Shown here in pieces: positions 1 to 10,058 of a DNA stretch of 43,403 nucleotides. Where the stretch lies: contig JAZDIV010000134.1 in assembly GCA_043804695.1 (NCBI GenBank), positions 1 to 43,403 on the forward strand, in the 5' to 3' direction. A model generated the notes under the pieces. The model saw only the letters and a program-made list of their open reading frames with translations, ran no database searches and was not told the DNA's origin. Positions within the stretch are counted from its first letter, which is position 1, and each line of letters starts with the position of its first letter. This stretch comes from PVC group bacterium (GTDB lineage Bacteria > Auribacterota > Erginobacteria > Erginobacterales > Erginobacteraceae). Position numbers and translations under genes: made by a program.

Positions 1-22
1 CGGTCCATAATTGTATGGACAT

Positions 23-101
23 GTCATTGCGAGGAGCGAAGCGACGAAGCAATCTCAACTCTATGCACAGCAAGAGATTGCTTCGCTGCGCTCGCAATGA
101 C
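23..101. repeat. REP/RPE-like palindromic element (GTCATTGCGAG...CTCGCAATGAC)
   Basis: Imperfect inverted repeat GTCATTGCGAGGAGCGAAGCGACGAAGCAATCTC / GAGATTGCTTCGCTGCGCTCGCAATGAC; resembles a widespread extragenic palindrome family. Confidence 0.8.
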
Positions 102-389
102 CGCAATCGTTGATGTAAATACTACAACGGTCGGATTAATAGCCCTCGCTGCGCTCGGGCAACGTTCTTAAGTGCCTAACGTTTTCAGCCAGAGGCTGAT
201 CCGCCTCCGGCGGAGAAGTGCCTAAAGTGCCTAAAGTTAAAAAACTACCCGGCGCCGACGAGGCCGTGCGCTATATTGTTTAGTAATTTAACAGTTATTG
301 AAATTCCGAAGCAGCAAGTTAGCGCCTTCGGCGCAACTTGTAGTGTAAAGTGTAAGGTGTAATGTGTAAGGAAACTTTTGCCCCCGTCC

Positions 390-1709
390 TCACGGCACGT
401 TACCCGGTTTGCCCTCTCCTCTTTCTCCTTGAGCATCTTTCTCCCTTCCCAGCCGCCGCTTTTCCACCGCCGGCCCTCTGATTTCCAGCCGGACCAACCG
501 GCGGTCGGTCGCCTGGGTGATCGTGAAGAGATGACCGTGGTAGCTGATCTGTTCACCGGCGGCCGGGATTTTTCCCAGCTGGTCGATCAAGAACCCGGCG
601 ACCGTCTCCTCCTCCTTATCCTCCGGGAGGCTGAGATCCAGGATGTCGTTCAAATCATCCAGCCTCATCCACCCGGAGACCTCGGCCGCCTCTTCCTTCA
701 TTTTGAACGGCGAGACCTCGTCCAGGTCGTACTCGTCGCGGATCTCCCCCACAATCTCCTCGATAATGTTCTCCAGGGTGGCGATCCCGGCCACCCCGCC
801 GTATTCATCAACCACAATGGCCATATTCACATCGTTGTTGCGCAATTCCTCCAGCAATTCATCCAGGGGCTTGCTCTCCGGGACGATGTACGGCTCCCGG
901 ATCAGCGGGACGATGCCCTCTTCGCCGGGAACCGTTACCAGATCGGTCACCTGCACGGTGCCGATGATCTTGTCCACCCGGTCCCGGTAGATGGGGATCC
1001 TGGTATGGCCGCTTTCGCTGATAATCCGCCGGATATCGGCCACGGTCGAATCTTCGGGCGCGAGCGTGACGTCGATCAAGGGGACCATGATCTCGGAGAC
1101 CTCATTCTCGCGGAACTCCAGGACCCGGGCGATCATTCTCTCCTCCTCTTCCGAAAGGGTCCCCTGCTTCTTCCCTTCCTTCATCAGGAGGAGGATGTCA
1201 TCCACCGACGTGAAGAGCCTTCCCTTCTCCGGAGTGACTCCGAACAGCTTTAAGAGGGGGGCGACCAGCCACGAGACAACCTTCACCAGAGGATAGAGAA
1301 GATAATATGCCGACCGAAAGGGATAGCTTAAAACCAGGCTCATCCCGGTCGCCCGGGGACGACTCACATTCTTGGGGATGATCTCAGCGAAGATCAGGAT
1401 CAGCGGCAGCATCACGACAGTGGCTAAAAACGGTCCCCGGTTTCCGAAAGCGAACCCCGTGGAAAAAAGATTCGATGCCACCGTGGCACCCAGGACCATG
1501 AAGAGGTTAATCCCCACCATGGTGGTGGAGAGAAATTTTTCCGGGGTTTCGAGGAACCCCTCGATAATCCAGGCGCGCCGGCCCCCCGATCCGGCAAGAT
1601 GACGGATGCGAAGCCGGTTGGCGGAAACCAGCGACATCTCCGCCGTGCAGAAGAAGGCATGCAGGAAGAGACAGCAAAAAATAATCAGTACGCTGAGACC
1701 GATAGTCAT
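390..1709 (-). CDS. CNNM/hemolysin-family membrane protein (DUF21 + CBS pair + CorC_HlyC)
   Basis: N-terminal TM domain with AFFxxAE and AEIIPK, CBS motifs HTRIPIY and VVDEYGGVAGIATLENIIEEIVGEIRDE, C-terminal CorC-like domain. Confidence 0.92.
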   Translation of the reverse strand: MTIGLSVLIIFCCLFLHAFFCTAEMSLVSANRLRIRHLAGSGGRRAWIIEGFLETPEKFLSTTMVGINLFMVLGATVASNLFSTGFAFGNRGPFLATVVMLPLILIFAEIIPKNVSRPRATGMSLVLSYPFRSAYYLLYPLVKVVSWLVAPLLKLFGVTPEKGRLFTSVDDILLLMKEGKKQGTLSEEEERMIARVLEFRENEVSEIMVPLIDVTLAPEDSTVADIRRIISESGHTRIPIYRDRVDKIIGTVQVTDLVTVPGEEGIVPLIREPYIVPESKPLDELLEELRNNDVNMAIVVDEYGGVAGIATLENIIEEIVGEIRDEYDLDEVSPFKMKEEAAEVSGWMRLDDLNDILDLSLPEDKEEETVAGFLIDQLGKIPAAGEQISYHGHLFTITQATDRRLVRLEIRGPAVEKRRLGREKDAQGERGEGKPGNVP

Positions 1710-1815
1710 ATAAATTAGCTCGCTGCGCTCGCTACTTTATAATGGACCCGACTTCGTCGGGTCTGCTGATTAACCATAATATTTCCTTAATCAGCATAAT
1801 CCGCACAATCCGCGG

Positions 1816-3149
1816 TTAAATAAGTTGCGAAGTTACGTTCTTCTTAAAGTTGCCGGGCGCCGGTCCTTCTTTCTTCAGCCGGGCGCCGATACCTTTCCCC
1901 CGTATCTCCACCTGGCCGATCCGGTGTTTCTTCAAGTTCACCACGGTGAACCGGATATCCCCTTCCTGCCAGACCTCCCCGGGCTGGGGGATATGCCCGA
2001 GACGCTCACAGATTAAACCTCCCAGGGTCACGCTCCTCTTCCCGGCCAGATCGAGTTTTAACTCATTATTGATATTACTCAGCTCCAGCCTTCCCCTGAC
2101 CCGGACGGTGTTCTCGTCCACTATCTCATATTCCCGGGGGGATTCCCCCTGTTGCCGAATCTCCCCCACGATCTCTTCAATCAGGTCCTCCATGGTGATC
2201 AGCCCGGCGAGACCGCCGTATTCATCCACCACCAGGGCGACATGGACTTTCCTTTCCAGAAATTCCTTGAGGAGGCGGGAGGCCTTCATGGTCTCGGGGA
2301 TAAAAAACGGTCGGCGGAGGAAGTCCCCCAGGACCGGACGCTCCACCCCCCGGGCCTGGGCCATGACCAGGTCCTTCGGATAGAGGATGCCGACGATGTT
2401 CTCCATCTTGCCGGAATAAATCGGAATCCGGGAATACTCCTTCTCCCGGATTACAGCGGCAATCTCCTCCAGCGGGGTGTCGATCTCAAATACGACCATC
2501 TCGTTACGGGGGGTCCTCAACTGCCGGACGCTCTTATCCCCCAGTTTGAATATCTCGGTGATCATCTCCCGCTCCTCGCCGTTGAGCGTCCCCTCCCGGG
2601 AACCGAGATCAAGGGCGGCGGTTAATTCCTCCCGGGTCAGGGGGGACTCCCGCGCCGGATGACTTTTTTCAAAGACGGCAAGAATCCAGTCGCTGAGAAA
2701 ATTCACCACCACCCTGACCGGCGTCATCACCCGCTCCAGAAGGGAGATGGCCGGCGCCACCGCCAGAGCCAATTTTTCCGACCGGTTGATGGCCAGAACC
2801 TTGGGAGTCACTTCACCGCAGATCAAAATAACAAAAGTCATCACCACGGTGGAAAAAATCCAGGCCAGGGAACGGAGAGGGCCGGAAGCGAAGATGGTGG
2901 AGGCGACGCGCGCGGCGAGGGTGGCGGAAAAAATATTGACCAGCATGTTGCTCGCCACGATCGACACCAGCAGGCGGCGGGGGTTGCTGAGAAGGCGGTA
3001 GATGATGGTGCCGCGGCCCGGTTTCTGGTGCTTCAGTTTCTCCACCGTAAAAGGGGGGAGAGAAAATAGTGCCGTTTCCGAACCGGAAAAAAGGCGGAAA
3101 AACCAAGCAAAATCGCCAGGATCGCCAGGAATAATAAGGGTACGGTCAT
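1816..3149 (-). pseudogene. Second CNNM/hemolysin-family protein, frameshifted near the N-terminus (true pseudogene or sequencing indel)
   Basis: ATG at 3149 reads MTVPLLFLAILAILLGFSAFF; the conserved SGSETALFSL continues in another frame across an A6 run at 3087-3092; remainder intact (GEVTPK, YSRIPIY, VVDEYGG). Confidence 0.75.
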
Positions 3150-3411
3150 TTTGGGTACTAAAACATACCATATCCGGGAACCGGGGGAAAGAAAATTTAC
3201 ACGTATTTCATCATGCCCATTAGTATGTTATACTGGCGGTTTTAAAGGTGCTAATTTACTGCTTCGGAATTTAAAAAGTCTTTGTGGGAGAAGTTTTCAA
3301 CCTCGATCAGAAAAGCCGCAAATCGGGGTTAAAAACCCCTCCCACATCTTATTCTGTTTTCCTTGGTGTCTTAGTGGCAAAAGTTGCGAGCGCAGCTCGC
3401 TAATTTATATT

Positions 3412-4218
3412 ATGCGCTCCGTCAAGAACTATTACCGTATCCTGAACGTCCGTCCGGATGCCCCGGCCGCCAGCATCCGGGCCTCTTTCCGGCGGCTGGC
3501 CAAGAAGTATCATCCCGATACCAGCGGCCTCGATCCGGCAACCGCCGCCGGGCAGATGCGCGTCCTTCTGGAGGCGTACCGGATCCTGATGGACGCCGGG
3601 AAAAGGGCCGTTTATGATCTCCGCTTCCGGAGACAGCGAACCGAAACCGGCCGTTCCTACCGGGATTCTTTGGAAAAGAAGAAGGACGACCCCTATGCCC
3701 GGGCCCTGCTGATCTTTTATGATCTTCTGCACGGGTCGGCGGGAACGGCGATCAACAACTATGAGTGTCTTCTGAAAAACCGCGGCGGTTCGCTCGACCT
3801 GCCGGCCCTGCTCGGGTTTGCCGATTACCTTGATTTCACCTTCCTGCTGGCGGAGGGTTACCAGCGGCAGGGCCGTTATGAAGAGGCGGCACTCCATTAT
3901 GAGAAAGCATTCCGGGAAGACCTGAAGTGGAACTACTTCCGCCACTTCCGCTCCGAGCTAAAACAGCGGATACGCGACATCTACTGCCAAAAATTAGCCC
4001 GGGAGGCCGAACCCGCAATAGCGATCAAATTCTACACGAAGCTGCTGGAAGAATACAGCTTCCCGAAAAACGAACGGGCCTTCTTCTTAAAGAAGATCGC
4101 CGAATGCTGCTGCCGACTTCATGATCCGGTGAAAGCACGGTCGTATCTGTCGAAAGCCCTCCAGTTGAAACCCACCCTGTCGGGGATCAAAAAAATCCGT
4201 TCTCAGCTAAATATGTGA
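3412..4218 (+). CDS. DnaJ-domain protein with C-terminal TPR-like repeats
   Basis: J-domain NYYRILNV...RRLAKKYHPD with intact HPD; helical TPR-like C-terminus; start trimmed to ATG 3412. Confidence 0.85.
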   Translation: MRSVKNYYRILNVRPDAPAASIRASFRRLAKKYHPDTSGLDPATAAGQMRVLLEAYRILMDAGKRAVYDLRFRRQRTETGRSYRDSLEKKKDDPYARALLIFYDLLHGSAGTAINNYECLLKNRGGSLDLPALLGFADYLDFTFLLAEGYQRQGRYEEAALHYEKAFREDLKWNYFRHFRSELKQRIRDIYCQKLAREAEPAIAIKFYTKLLEEYSFPKNERAFFLKKIAECCCRLHDPVKARSYLSKALQLKPTLSGIKKIRSQLNM

Positions 4219-4304
4219 ATGCCATTTTACCTTGAGGATTTGCATAGATTATAGGCGCTGTTAGAATAGACACATTAAAATTTTTCCGGAGGAAAAATTT
4301 TAAA

Positions 4305-4601
4305 ATGGAGAAGCTGGTGCGAGACAGGATTCCCGAGATCGTTACCGCCGACCGGGGGCGGGAGGCGCCGTTTCGGACAGCCTCCCGGACTGAATATCTC
4401 TCTTTTCTGATGGAAAAACTGAAAGAAGAGGTGGCAGAGTTCCTGGAAAGCCGGGAACCGGCGGAACTGGCCGATATCATGGAGGTCGTCTACCACCTGG
4501 CCGGGGAGGCCGGGATCAGCCCCCGACAACTGGAGAAACTCCGGGCCAGAAAGGCGGAAGAACGGGGCGGTTTCGGCGAGCGGAAGGTGATGGACTTCTA
4601 A
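4305..4601 (+). CDS. MazG-like/PRA-PH all-alpha nucleoside triphosphate pyrophosphohydrolase
   Basis: KLVRDRIPEI, KLxEEVxEF, ELADIxEV, KAEERGGF motifs. Confidence 0.85.
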   Translation: MEKLVRDRIPEIVTADRGREAPFRTASRTEYLSFLMEKLKEEVAEFLESREPAELADIMEVVYHLAGEAGISPRQLEKLRARKAEERGGFGERKVMDF

Positions 4602-4608
4602 ATTATAC

Positions 4609-4728
4609 GTAACACTTTAGCTCTTTGAAAGTTGCGGCCACCTATCTCGTTACCGCGCTCCGCGTGATAACGCTCACCTTACGTTCCCACGCGGAGCGTG
4701 GGAACGAGGGAAAGGGCTAAAGTGTTAC
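4609..4728. mobile_element. 120-bp MITE with 18-bp terminal inverted repeats and 8-bp target-site duplication
   Basis: TIRs GTAACACTTTAGCTCTTT (4609-4626) and AAAGGGCTAAAGTGTTAC (4711-4728), one mismatch; AATTATAC directly repeated at 4601-4608 and 4729-4736. Confidence 0.8.
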
Positions 4729-4745
4729 AATTATACTAATTCAGA

Positions 4746-5132
4746 TCATCGGTCCGCATTGACATCGTCGGCAATATCCTGGTCCCGCTGCTGCTCTTCA
4801 TAGAGACTGTGCATCTTTTCCTGGTCAGTCTTGATCCGGGCATCATCCTGCTGTTCCGACTGAACGAAGACGTCTCCCGGCGCCCGGTAATAGTTGGGAT
4901 TGGATGAGGCCACCCATTGACCGCTCCCGTCCTTGATCAGATAGACGGTCGTCACCTGTCCATCCGGCCCCCTGACCTCGGCGCTGAGGGGAACCGCTTC
5001 CTGATTGATCGATATGACGGCGAATCCGTCCGGGAGGGCCTTCTTGAGCGTCTCAGCATCCTGGGCGATTGACAGGCATGGATACAATCCCCCGGCAATT
5101 AATAAAACAACCATTATTTTCTTCACTTTCAC
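4746..5132 (-). CDS. Hypothetical secreted protein
   Basis: GGAGG SD before GTG start; signal-peptide-like N-terminus (KKIMVVLLIAGG...SIA-QD). Confidence 0.7.
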   Translation of the reverse strand: MKVKKIMVVLLIAGGLYPCLSIAQDAETLKKALPDGFAVISINQEAVPLSAEVRGPDGQVTTVYLIKDGSGQWVASSNPNYYRAPGDVFVQSEQQDDARIKTDQEKMHSLYEEQQRDQDIADDVNADR

Positions 5133-5347
5133 ATACCTCCAAAAGAACTTAGCGCCTTCGGCGCAACGTGGTTACGGTTACGGTGACGATGCCCGTTTCG
5201 TCTGCCGGTTACGGTTACGTGCGCCCAGCGAGGCAACCGTTACCGTTACCCTCACCGATACGGGCTTCGTTACCCTTACCCATCGTGGCATTCGGGCGAT
5301 CACAAGGATCGCCCCTACATTACTATAATGCTTTTGCGACCGGAGTG

Positions 5348-6223
5348 TTATATTTTAACATATTTCCCGATGATCAGGGCCAGGCGCTGACGGGCCTGGG
5401 GGGTGATCGCCTCCGGCGCAGTCATGATCGCATTTTTAAGAGCGTTGGCACAGGCCGGATCCGATTCCTCCGGGATCCTCTCCACCACCGTCTTGATGAT
5501 CCGCCGGGCCAGGGAGATATTCTTGAGCAGGGTAGCCACCACCGTCTCAACGGTAACATCCTCAATCCCCTCATGGTACCGCCAGCAATCGTAGTCGGTG
5601 ACCATGGCCATCGTCTGGTACGCTATCTCCGCCTCCCGGGCCAGCTTTGCCTCCGGCAGGTTGGTCATGCCGATAATATCCATACCCCACTGCCGATAGA
5701 CATTCGACTCCGCCCGGGTGGAGAAAGCCGGCCCTTCCATGTTGATGTAGGTACCTCCCAGATGAACCCGGGCGCCGGCCTCAACCGCGGCCTGATAGAT
5801 AATCTCCCGGAGCACCTTCGACATCGGCTCGGCAAACGCGATATGGGCTACCACCCCGTCCCCGAAAAAGGTGCTCTTCCGGGCCTGGTTGGTCCGATCG
5901 AAAAACTGATCGGGAAGGACGATATCCAGCGGTTTCAGTTCCTCCTTCAAACTTCCCACCGCGCTGACGGCGATTATCCACTCTACCCCCAACTTTTTAA
6001 ATCCCCAGATATTGGCCCGGTAGTTAAGCTCGCTCGGGAAATAACGGTGACCCCGGCCATGACGGGACAGGAAGGCGACCTTCCGACCTCCAAGAGTCCC
6101 CAGGACATAAGCGTCTGACGGCTCGCCGAAAGGTGTCTCGATATTTTCCCTGCGCACGTCTTCGAGTTCATCCATCTCGTAAAGTCCGCTGCCGCCGATG
6201 ATCCCGATTTTTGCTTCCGCCAT
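5348..6223 (-). CDS. mtnP: S-methyl-5'-thioadenosine phosphorylase
   Basis: IGIIGGSGLY, TPFGEPS, RHGRGH, NYRANIW, EGPAFSTRAES, IGMT, VTDYDCW; AAGGAG SD. Confidence 0.93.
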   Translation of the reverse strand: MAEAKIGIIGGSGLYEMDELEDVRRENIETPFGEPSDAYVLGTLGGRKVAFLSRHGRGHRYFPSELNYRANIWGFKKLGVEWIIAVSAVGSLKEELKPLDIVLPDQFFDRTNQARKSTFFGDGVVAHIAFAEPMSKVLREIIYQAAVEAGARVHLGGTYINMEGPAFSTRAESNVYRQWGMDIIGMTNLPEAKLAREAEIAYQTMAMVTDYDCWRYHEGIEDVTVETVVATLLKNISLARRIIKTVVERIPEESDPACANALKNAIMTAPEAITPQARQRLALIIGKYVKI

Positions 6224-6238
6224 CACCTCTCTCCTTTA

Positions 6239-6265
6239 TAAATTAGCGCCTTCGGCGCTAATTTA
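6239..6265 (-). repeat. Type example of the gene-boundary GNA-triloop hairpin (family A)
   Basis: TAAATTAGCGCC-GAA-GGCGCTAATTTA perfect 12-bp stem; related copies at 315, 1711, 3379, 5146, 6289, 7204, 8257, 12208, 20253, 20998. Confidence 0.85.
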
Positions 6266-6314
6266 GATAATCACATATTGCTGAAACATAAATTTGCGAG
6301 CGCAGCGAGCTAAT

Positions 6315-6764
6315 TTATGCGCCGGTATGGCCGAAGCCGCCGGAGTTACGGGGAGTGGTCTCCAGTTCGTCAACCTCCACCCATTCGCCCTTCACCACCT
6401 CCTTAATAACCATCTGGGCCATCCGCATTCCGCGCCGAAGCGTCACGGGTTCCCCCCCCAGGTTGATCATGATCACTCCGATCTCTCCCCGGTAATCGGC
6501 ATCAACCGTCCCCGGCGAATTGACGATGCTCAACCCTTTCTTCAGGGCCAGGCCGCTCCGGGGACGAAGCTGCGCCTCATATCCGGGGGGAAGGGCGATG
6601 AAAATCCCGGCCGGGATGAATTTGATCTCGCCCGGGCGGAGAAGAATTTCATCATCGATCGCTGCCAGCAGGTCCATCCCGGCAGCGCCCTCGCTCATGT
6701 ACCGGGGCAGATGGAGGTCCTCGAACCCCGCTTTTTTTTTGACTTTGATCCGGATTTCGGACAT
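6315..6764 (-). CDS. dut: dUTP diphosphatase
   Basis: All five dUTPase motifs: AGMDL, RPRSGLA, GTVDADYRGE, RMAQMV, RNSGGFGHTG. Confidence 0.95.
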   Translation of the reverse strand: MSEIRIKVKKKAGFEDLHLPRYMSEGAAGMDLLAAIDDEILLRPGEIKFIPAGIFIALPPGYEAQLRPRSGLALKKGLSIVNSPGTVDADYRGEIGVIMINLGGEPVTLRRGMRMAQMVIKEVVKGEWVEVDELETTPRNSGGFGHTGA

Positions 6765-6772
6765 TTTGAATC

Positions 6773-6860
6773 GTACGGGCGAATCTTGTATTCGCCCGTA
6801 TCCAGGCAATCAAGTGGGCGATCACAAGCCTGCCTGCCGGCAGGCAGGGATCGCCCCTAC
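6773..6860. repeat. Cluster of REP-like palindromes between HIT and dut
   Basis: TACGGGCGAAT/ATTCGCCCGTA hairpin, perfect palindrome CCTGCCTGCCGGCAGGCAGG, and GGGCGATC...GATCGCCCCTAC (similar copy at about 5294-5319). Confidence 0.65.
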
Positions 6861-7198
6861 CCTGGAGGCCAGCGGAAACTCCTGCCCCCCAGCAGATGGA
6901 AGTGCAGATGATCGACCGCCTGGCCGGCATCGGGGCCCGAGTTAACGACCACGCGATAACCGCTCCGATCGATGGACTCCTGCCGGGCGAGTTGGGCGGC
7001 AACGCGGCAGATCCGGCCCAGCAGTTCACAATCGTCCTCGCCCGCCTCCGGAATGCCGGAGATGTGTTTCTTCGGGATAATCAAGACATGCACCGGTGCC
7101 CGGGGAACGACATCCCGGAAGGCCAGGATTTCATCATCTTCAAAAACAATCTCGGCCGAAATCTTCTTGCTAACAATGTCACAAAAGATACAACTCAT
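6857..7198 (-). CDS. hinT: Histidine triad nucleotide-binding protein (HinT family)
   Basis: CIFCDI start, APVHVLIIPK, AGQAVDHLHFHLLGGR. Confidence 0.92.
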   Translation of the reverse strand: MSCIFCDIVSKKISAEIVFEDDEILAFRDVVPRAPVHVLIIPKKHISGIPEAGEDDCELLGRICRVAAQLARQESIDRSGYRVVVNSGPDAGQAVDHLHFHLLGGRSFRWPPG

Positions 7199-7434
7199 CT
7201 TATTAAATCAGCGCCCGCGGCGCTAACCTTTTTAGGGCTATGTCCGGGGATTACCAGACGGTATATTTATCCCCGGATTGGATATCAGGTTATCAGGATA
7301 TCAGTGGGCAGAATACCGGGATATCAGATTATCAGGCGAGGCCGGACCCGCCGACTGATCTTCTGATAGTCTGATCCCCTCCCTACTGATCTCCTGATTA
7401 TCTGATCCGCTTATGCGGCTTTTATTCCTCCCCT

Positions 7435-8244
7435 TTACCTCTCCTCATCCTCCTCGCTGGCAACCGGGCGGGCAAAGCGGATCCGGCTCAACTGATCGAC
7501 GTCCAGGGTCACCATCTGGTCGGCCGAGACCAGCATTTTGATCTGGGGAGGCTCCAGAAAGCCGCTGATGATATCCCCGTTCTTCAATTTGACCACCTGC
7601 TGGAGAACCTCGGCTTCACGATCGATCAGGACCTCACTGATCAGGTCCCGATCAATGATCAGCGTGCCGTAGGCGGTCCTGATCTTGAAACGGGGATCAA
7701 GCAGCTCCCCGGAGATGATGTCGCCCTCAAAGGTAATAAAACGGTCCTCGACCAGCGGGGGGGGGACAATAAGAGGGATACCGGCGGAAGCCTCTCCTCC
7801 CGCCGGCAGGCCGTTTTCGTCCACGAAGACCAGCCCCCGAACCAGCGTAGCGTTGATCTCAAACGGCCCGTACTCGGACCAGCCTTTCATATTATACTCG
7901 TCGACAAAGAACTCGGTAAAATCGTCTTCGCTCCCGTCCCGGAACCGGACCCGGGTGATGAACCGGCCGATCTGCCGGGCGGAAGCGACATCGGCAAAGG
8001 GGAGGGTGACCAGGTCGAGGCTCTGCCGCCAGCGGGCGCGGAAATCTTCGCTTTCAATGTTATAGTTCTTTTCGAAGACCTTGAAATTGCAGAGGTTGAT
8101 CTGCTGATTGTCAATTGTATGAACCTGGACATTATAGGAGGGGGGCGGGGGCGGCGTCACGCAGGCGTTCAGGATAACGCAGATCCCGACCGGGAGAAGC
8201 GCGGGCCATCTCCGTTTCAGTCCCGAAAAGTACCGGCATTTCAT
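7435..8244 (-). CDS. Hypothetical lipoprotein
   Basis: AGGAG SD; signal peptide with lipobox LNA-C followed by a Pro linker. Confidence 0.7.
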   Translation of the reverse strand: MKCRYFSGLKRRWPALLPVGICVILNACVTPPPPPSYNVQVHTIDNQQINLCNFKVFEKNYNIESEDFRARWRQSLDLVTLPFADVASARQIGRFITRVRFRDGSEDDFTEFFVDEYNMKGWSEYGPFEINATLVRGLVFVDENGLPAGGEASAGIPLIVPPPLVEDRFITFEGDIISGELLDPRFKIRTAYGTLIIDRDLISEVLIDREAEVLQQVVKLKNGDIISGFLEPPQIKMLVSADQMVTLDVDQLSRIRFARPVASEEDEER

Positions 8245-8514
8245 TATCAGCTCCTATAAATTAGCGCCTTCGGCGCAACTTTTCGCCACCAAGACACCAA
8301 GACACTAAGGAAAACCATATAAGGCGAATATTTTGCCCTTTCCCTTCTTTCCTTGGTGCCTTGGTGCCTTGGTGGCTAATATTATTAAAATTCCAAAGCA
8401 AGAAACGTTGCCATCCTTGTTTTTATATTCCTAATACGGCAGATGCCCGGCGTTTGTTCAACCGGATTACTTTCGACTTCCGCCAGAATAGAGAATAAGC
8501 GAAGCCTTTTCCAC

Positions 8515-9918
8515 TTATTTTTTTCGGCAGTCATAGATAATGACTCTCTCCCGGGGCTCATCGAACACGGCCACCAGTTCGTATCGGGAGAGATGGGACT
8601 GGATCAGGGGATCAAGCCAGAAACGGCTTTCCATGATGATGAAGAACTTCAGCCGGGGCTCCGCCGCCAATTTTTCCATGGTCTCCCCGATATCAGCCAG
8701 CCCCGCCTTGAACCTCATGTGATTCGTGTCAACCATGTCCAGGGCGATCGCCCGGCCGGTCATCAGGGCCAGGAGAGGGACGGTTGTCACGTGCCCGAAG
8801 AGCAGATCGTCAGCGGCCGAGTTGTCAATGATAAACTTCCGGCATTGCTCGGCGGTCTCAAAACCGGTTCCTCTCTCATGCTGGATGTAGCGCCGCAGGT
8901 CGTCACCGCTGAAAACCAGGAGCACCAGCACGGCGGCCAGACCGGCCGCCGCCCGGGAAGTCCGCGGGGGGAACCGTCTGACGACCGCCGCCAGACTGAC
9001 CGCCCCGATCCAGGCGAGAAAGGGGAGGGGGAGAATGAAATACTGGGTAAAGAGCGGATTGAGGCCCGCCAGAAGAACCAGGTAGGCCAGGGCGGCGGCC
9101 AGGACCGTGGTCCGCTTCCAGGTCCAGGGAGTCCCCGCGTATAGAAAGGGGAGGAAAAAAATCAGGATGTTCCGGCGGATCACCCGGATATAAATGTCGG
9201 CCACCAGTTCCGGGCCCCGGGGTTTCAGGACGTGATAGATGTAAACCGGAGTGAGATATTTCTCGCCGAAGAGCAGGAGGCAGAGTCCGTTGACAGAGCC
9301 GAAGAAAATGATGAAGCCGCCCAGGAAACGGCGCAGGAACGCGGCCCGCTCCCGGCGGATCAGATAATATCCAAAGGGCAGCAGCCCCCAGGGGAGCGCG
9401 TAGAGGCCGGTGACCGAAGCGCAGCCCCAGAAAAGCCCGCAGGCCAACGGCCGGTCATCCAGAAAATAATAGAGGCTGAGGAGGATGAAAAAAGCGGTCA
9501 GATTCAGCCCGAAGGGATGGGTGGTGATCTTCAGCAGTTCGTAGTTGAAAAGGAAAATGACCAGAAAAAAGAGGCCCGCCAGGCCCTCTTTTTTCTTCCA
9601 GAACTGGAGATAAATCACCGCCGCACCCGCCAGGACCGGCAGGAGAGCCGTCAGCTTGAGAGCGACCAGGTGGAAACCGAAGAGGGAGTAAACGAAAAAA
9701 AGAAAAAGCAGCTGCAGGGGGGGGTGGGCGAAGAAGAAGTCCCGGTAGAAGAGCTTGCCCTCGCTCATCAGCCGGGCCATGTAGAAATAGGCGTTTTCAT
9801 CCCCGCCCACCGTGTAGTGAAAGCCGTATCTTTTCGCCCAGAGGAATCCGGCCGCGACCAGGACCAGGAGGGGCCACTTAAGACAGTCGAACCGCGATTT
9901 TCGCTGCGTTTCTTCCAT
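8515..9918 (-). CDS. GT-C fold membrane glycosyltransferase (ArnT/PMT-like)
   Basis: DE motif after TM1 (GDENAYFY), YRDFFFAHPP, multiple TM segments, periplasmic C-terminal domain. Confidence 0.75.
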   Translation of the reverse strand: MEETQRKSRFDCLKWPLLVLVAAGFLWAKRYGFHYTVGGDENAYFYMARLMSEGKLFYRDFFFAHPPLQLLFLFFVYSLFGFHLVALKLTALLPVLAGAAVIYLQFWKKKEGLAGLFFLVIFLFNYELLKITTHPFGLNLTAFFILLSLYYFLDDRPLACGLFWGCASVTGLYALPWGLLPFGYYLIRRERAAFLRRFLGGFIIFFGSVNGLCLLLFGEKYLTPVYIYHVLKPRGPELVADIYIRVIRRNILIFFLPFLYAGTPWTWKRTTVLAAALAYLVLLAGLNPLFTQYFILPLPFLAWIGAVSLAAVVRRFPPRTSRAAAGLAAVLVLLVFSGDDLRRYIQHERGTGFETAEQCRKFIIDNSAADDLLFGHVTTVPLLALMTGRAIALDMVDTNHMRFKAGLADIGETMEKLAAEPRLKFFIIMESRFWLDPLIQSHLSRYELVAVFDEPRERVIIYDCRKK

Positions 9919-9984
9919 TGCCGTGAAGGTGAAGGATGTTTAGGAAAACTTTAATCTACCAATAAGCCCACGAAGATCACGAAG

Positions 9985-10026
9985 AAAAAAGCCGCCCCGC
10001 ACAGAATTTCCGTGGGGGGCGGCTTT
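9985..10026 (-). terminator. Rho-independent terminator after the porin gene
   Basis: GC-rich stem AAAGCCGCCCC...GGGGCGGC followed by a T6 run on the minus strand. Confidence 0.8.
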
Positions 10027-10058
10027 CAACTAAATTTTCGGAACGAAAATTTAAAAAT

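Noticed and set aside
245..556. 103-aa minus-strand ORF or a small RNA at 245-300
   Set aside because: Overlaps the CNNM gene out of frame and runs through tandem repeats; no tRNA or known ncRNA structure recognised.
6239..6265. Family A hairpins as cUUCGg RNA tetraloop terminators
   Set aside because: The stem register gives a 3-nt loop, other copies have TCC/TGC instead of TTC, there is no consistent U-tract, and most sit at start codons.
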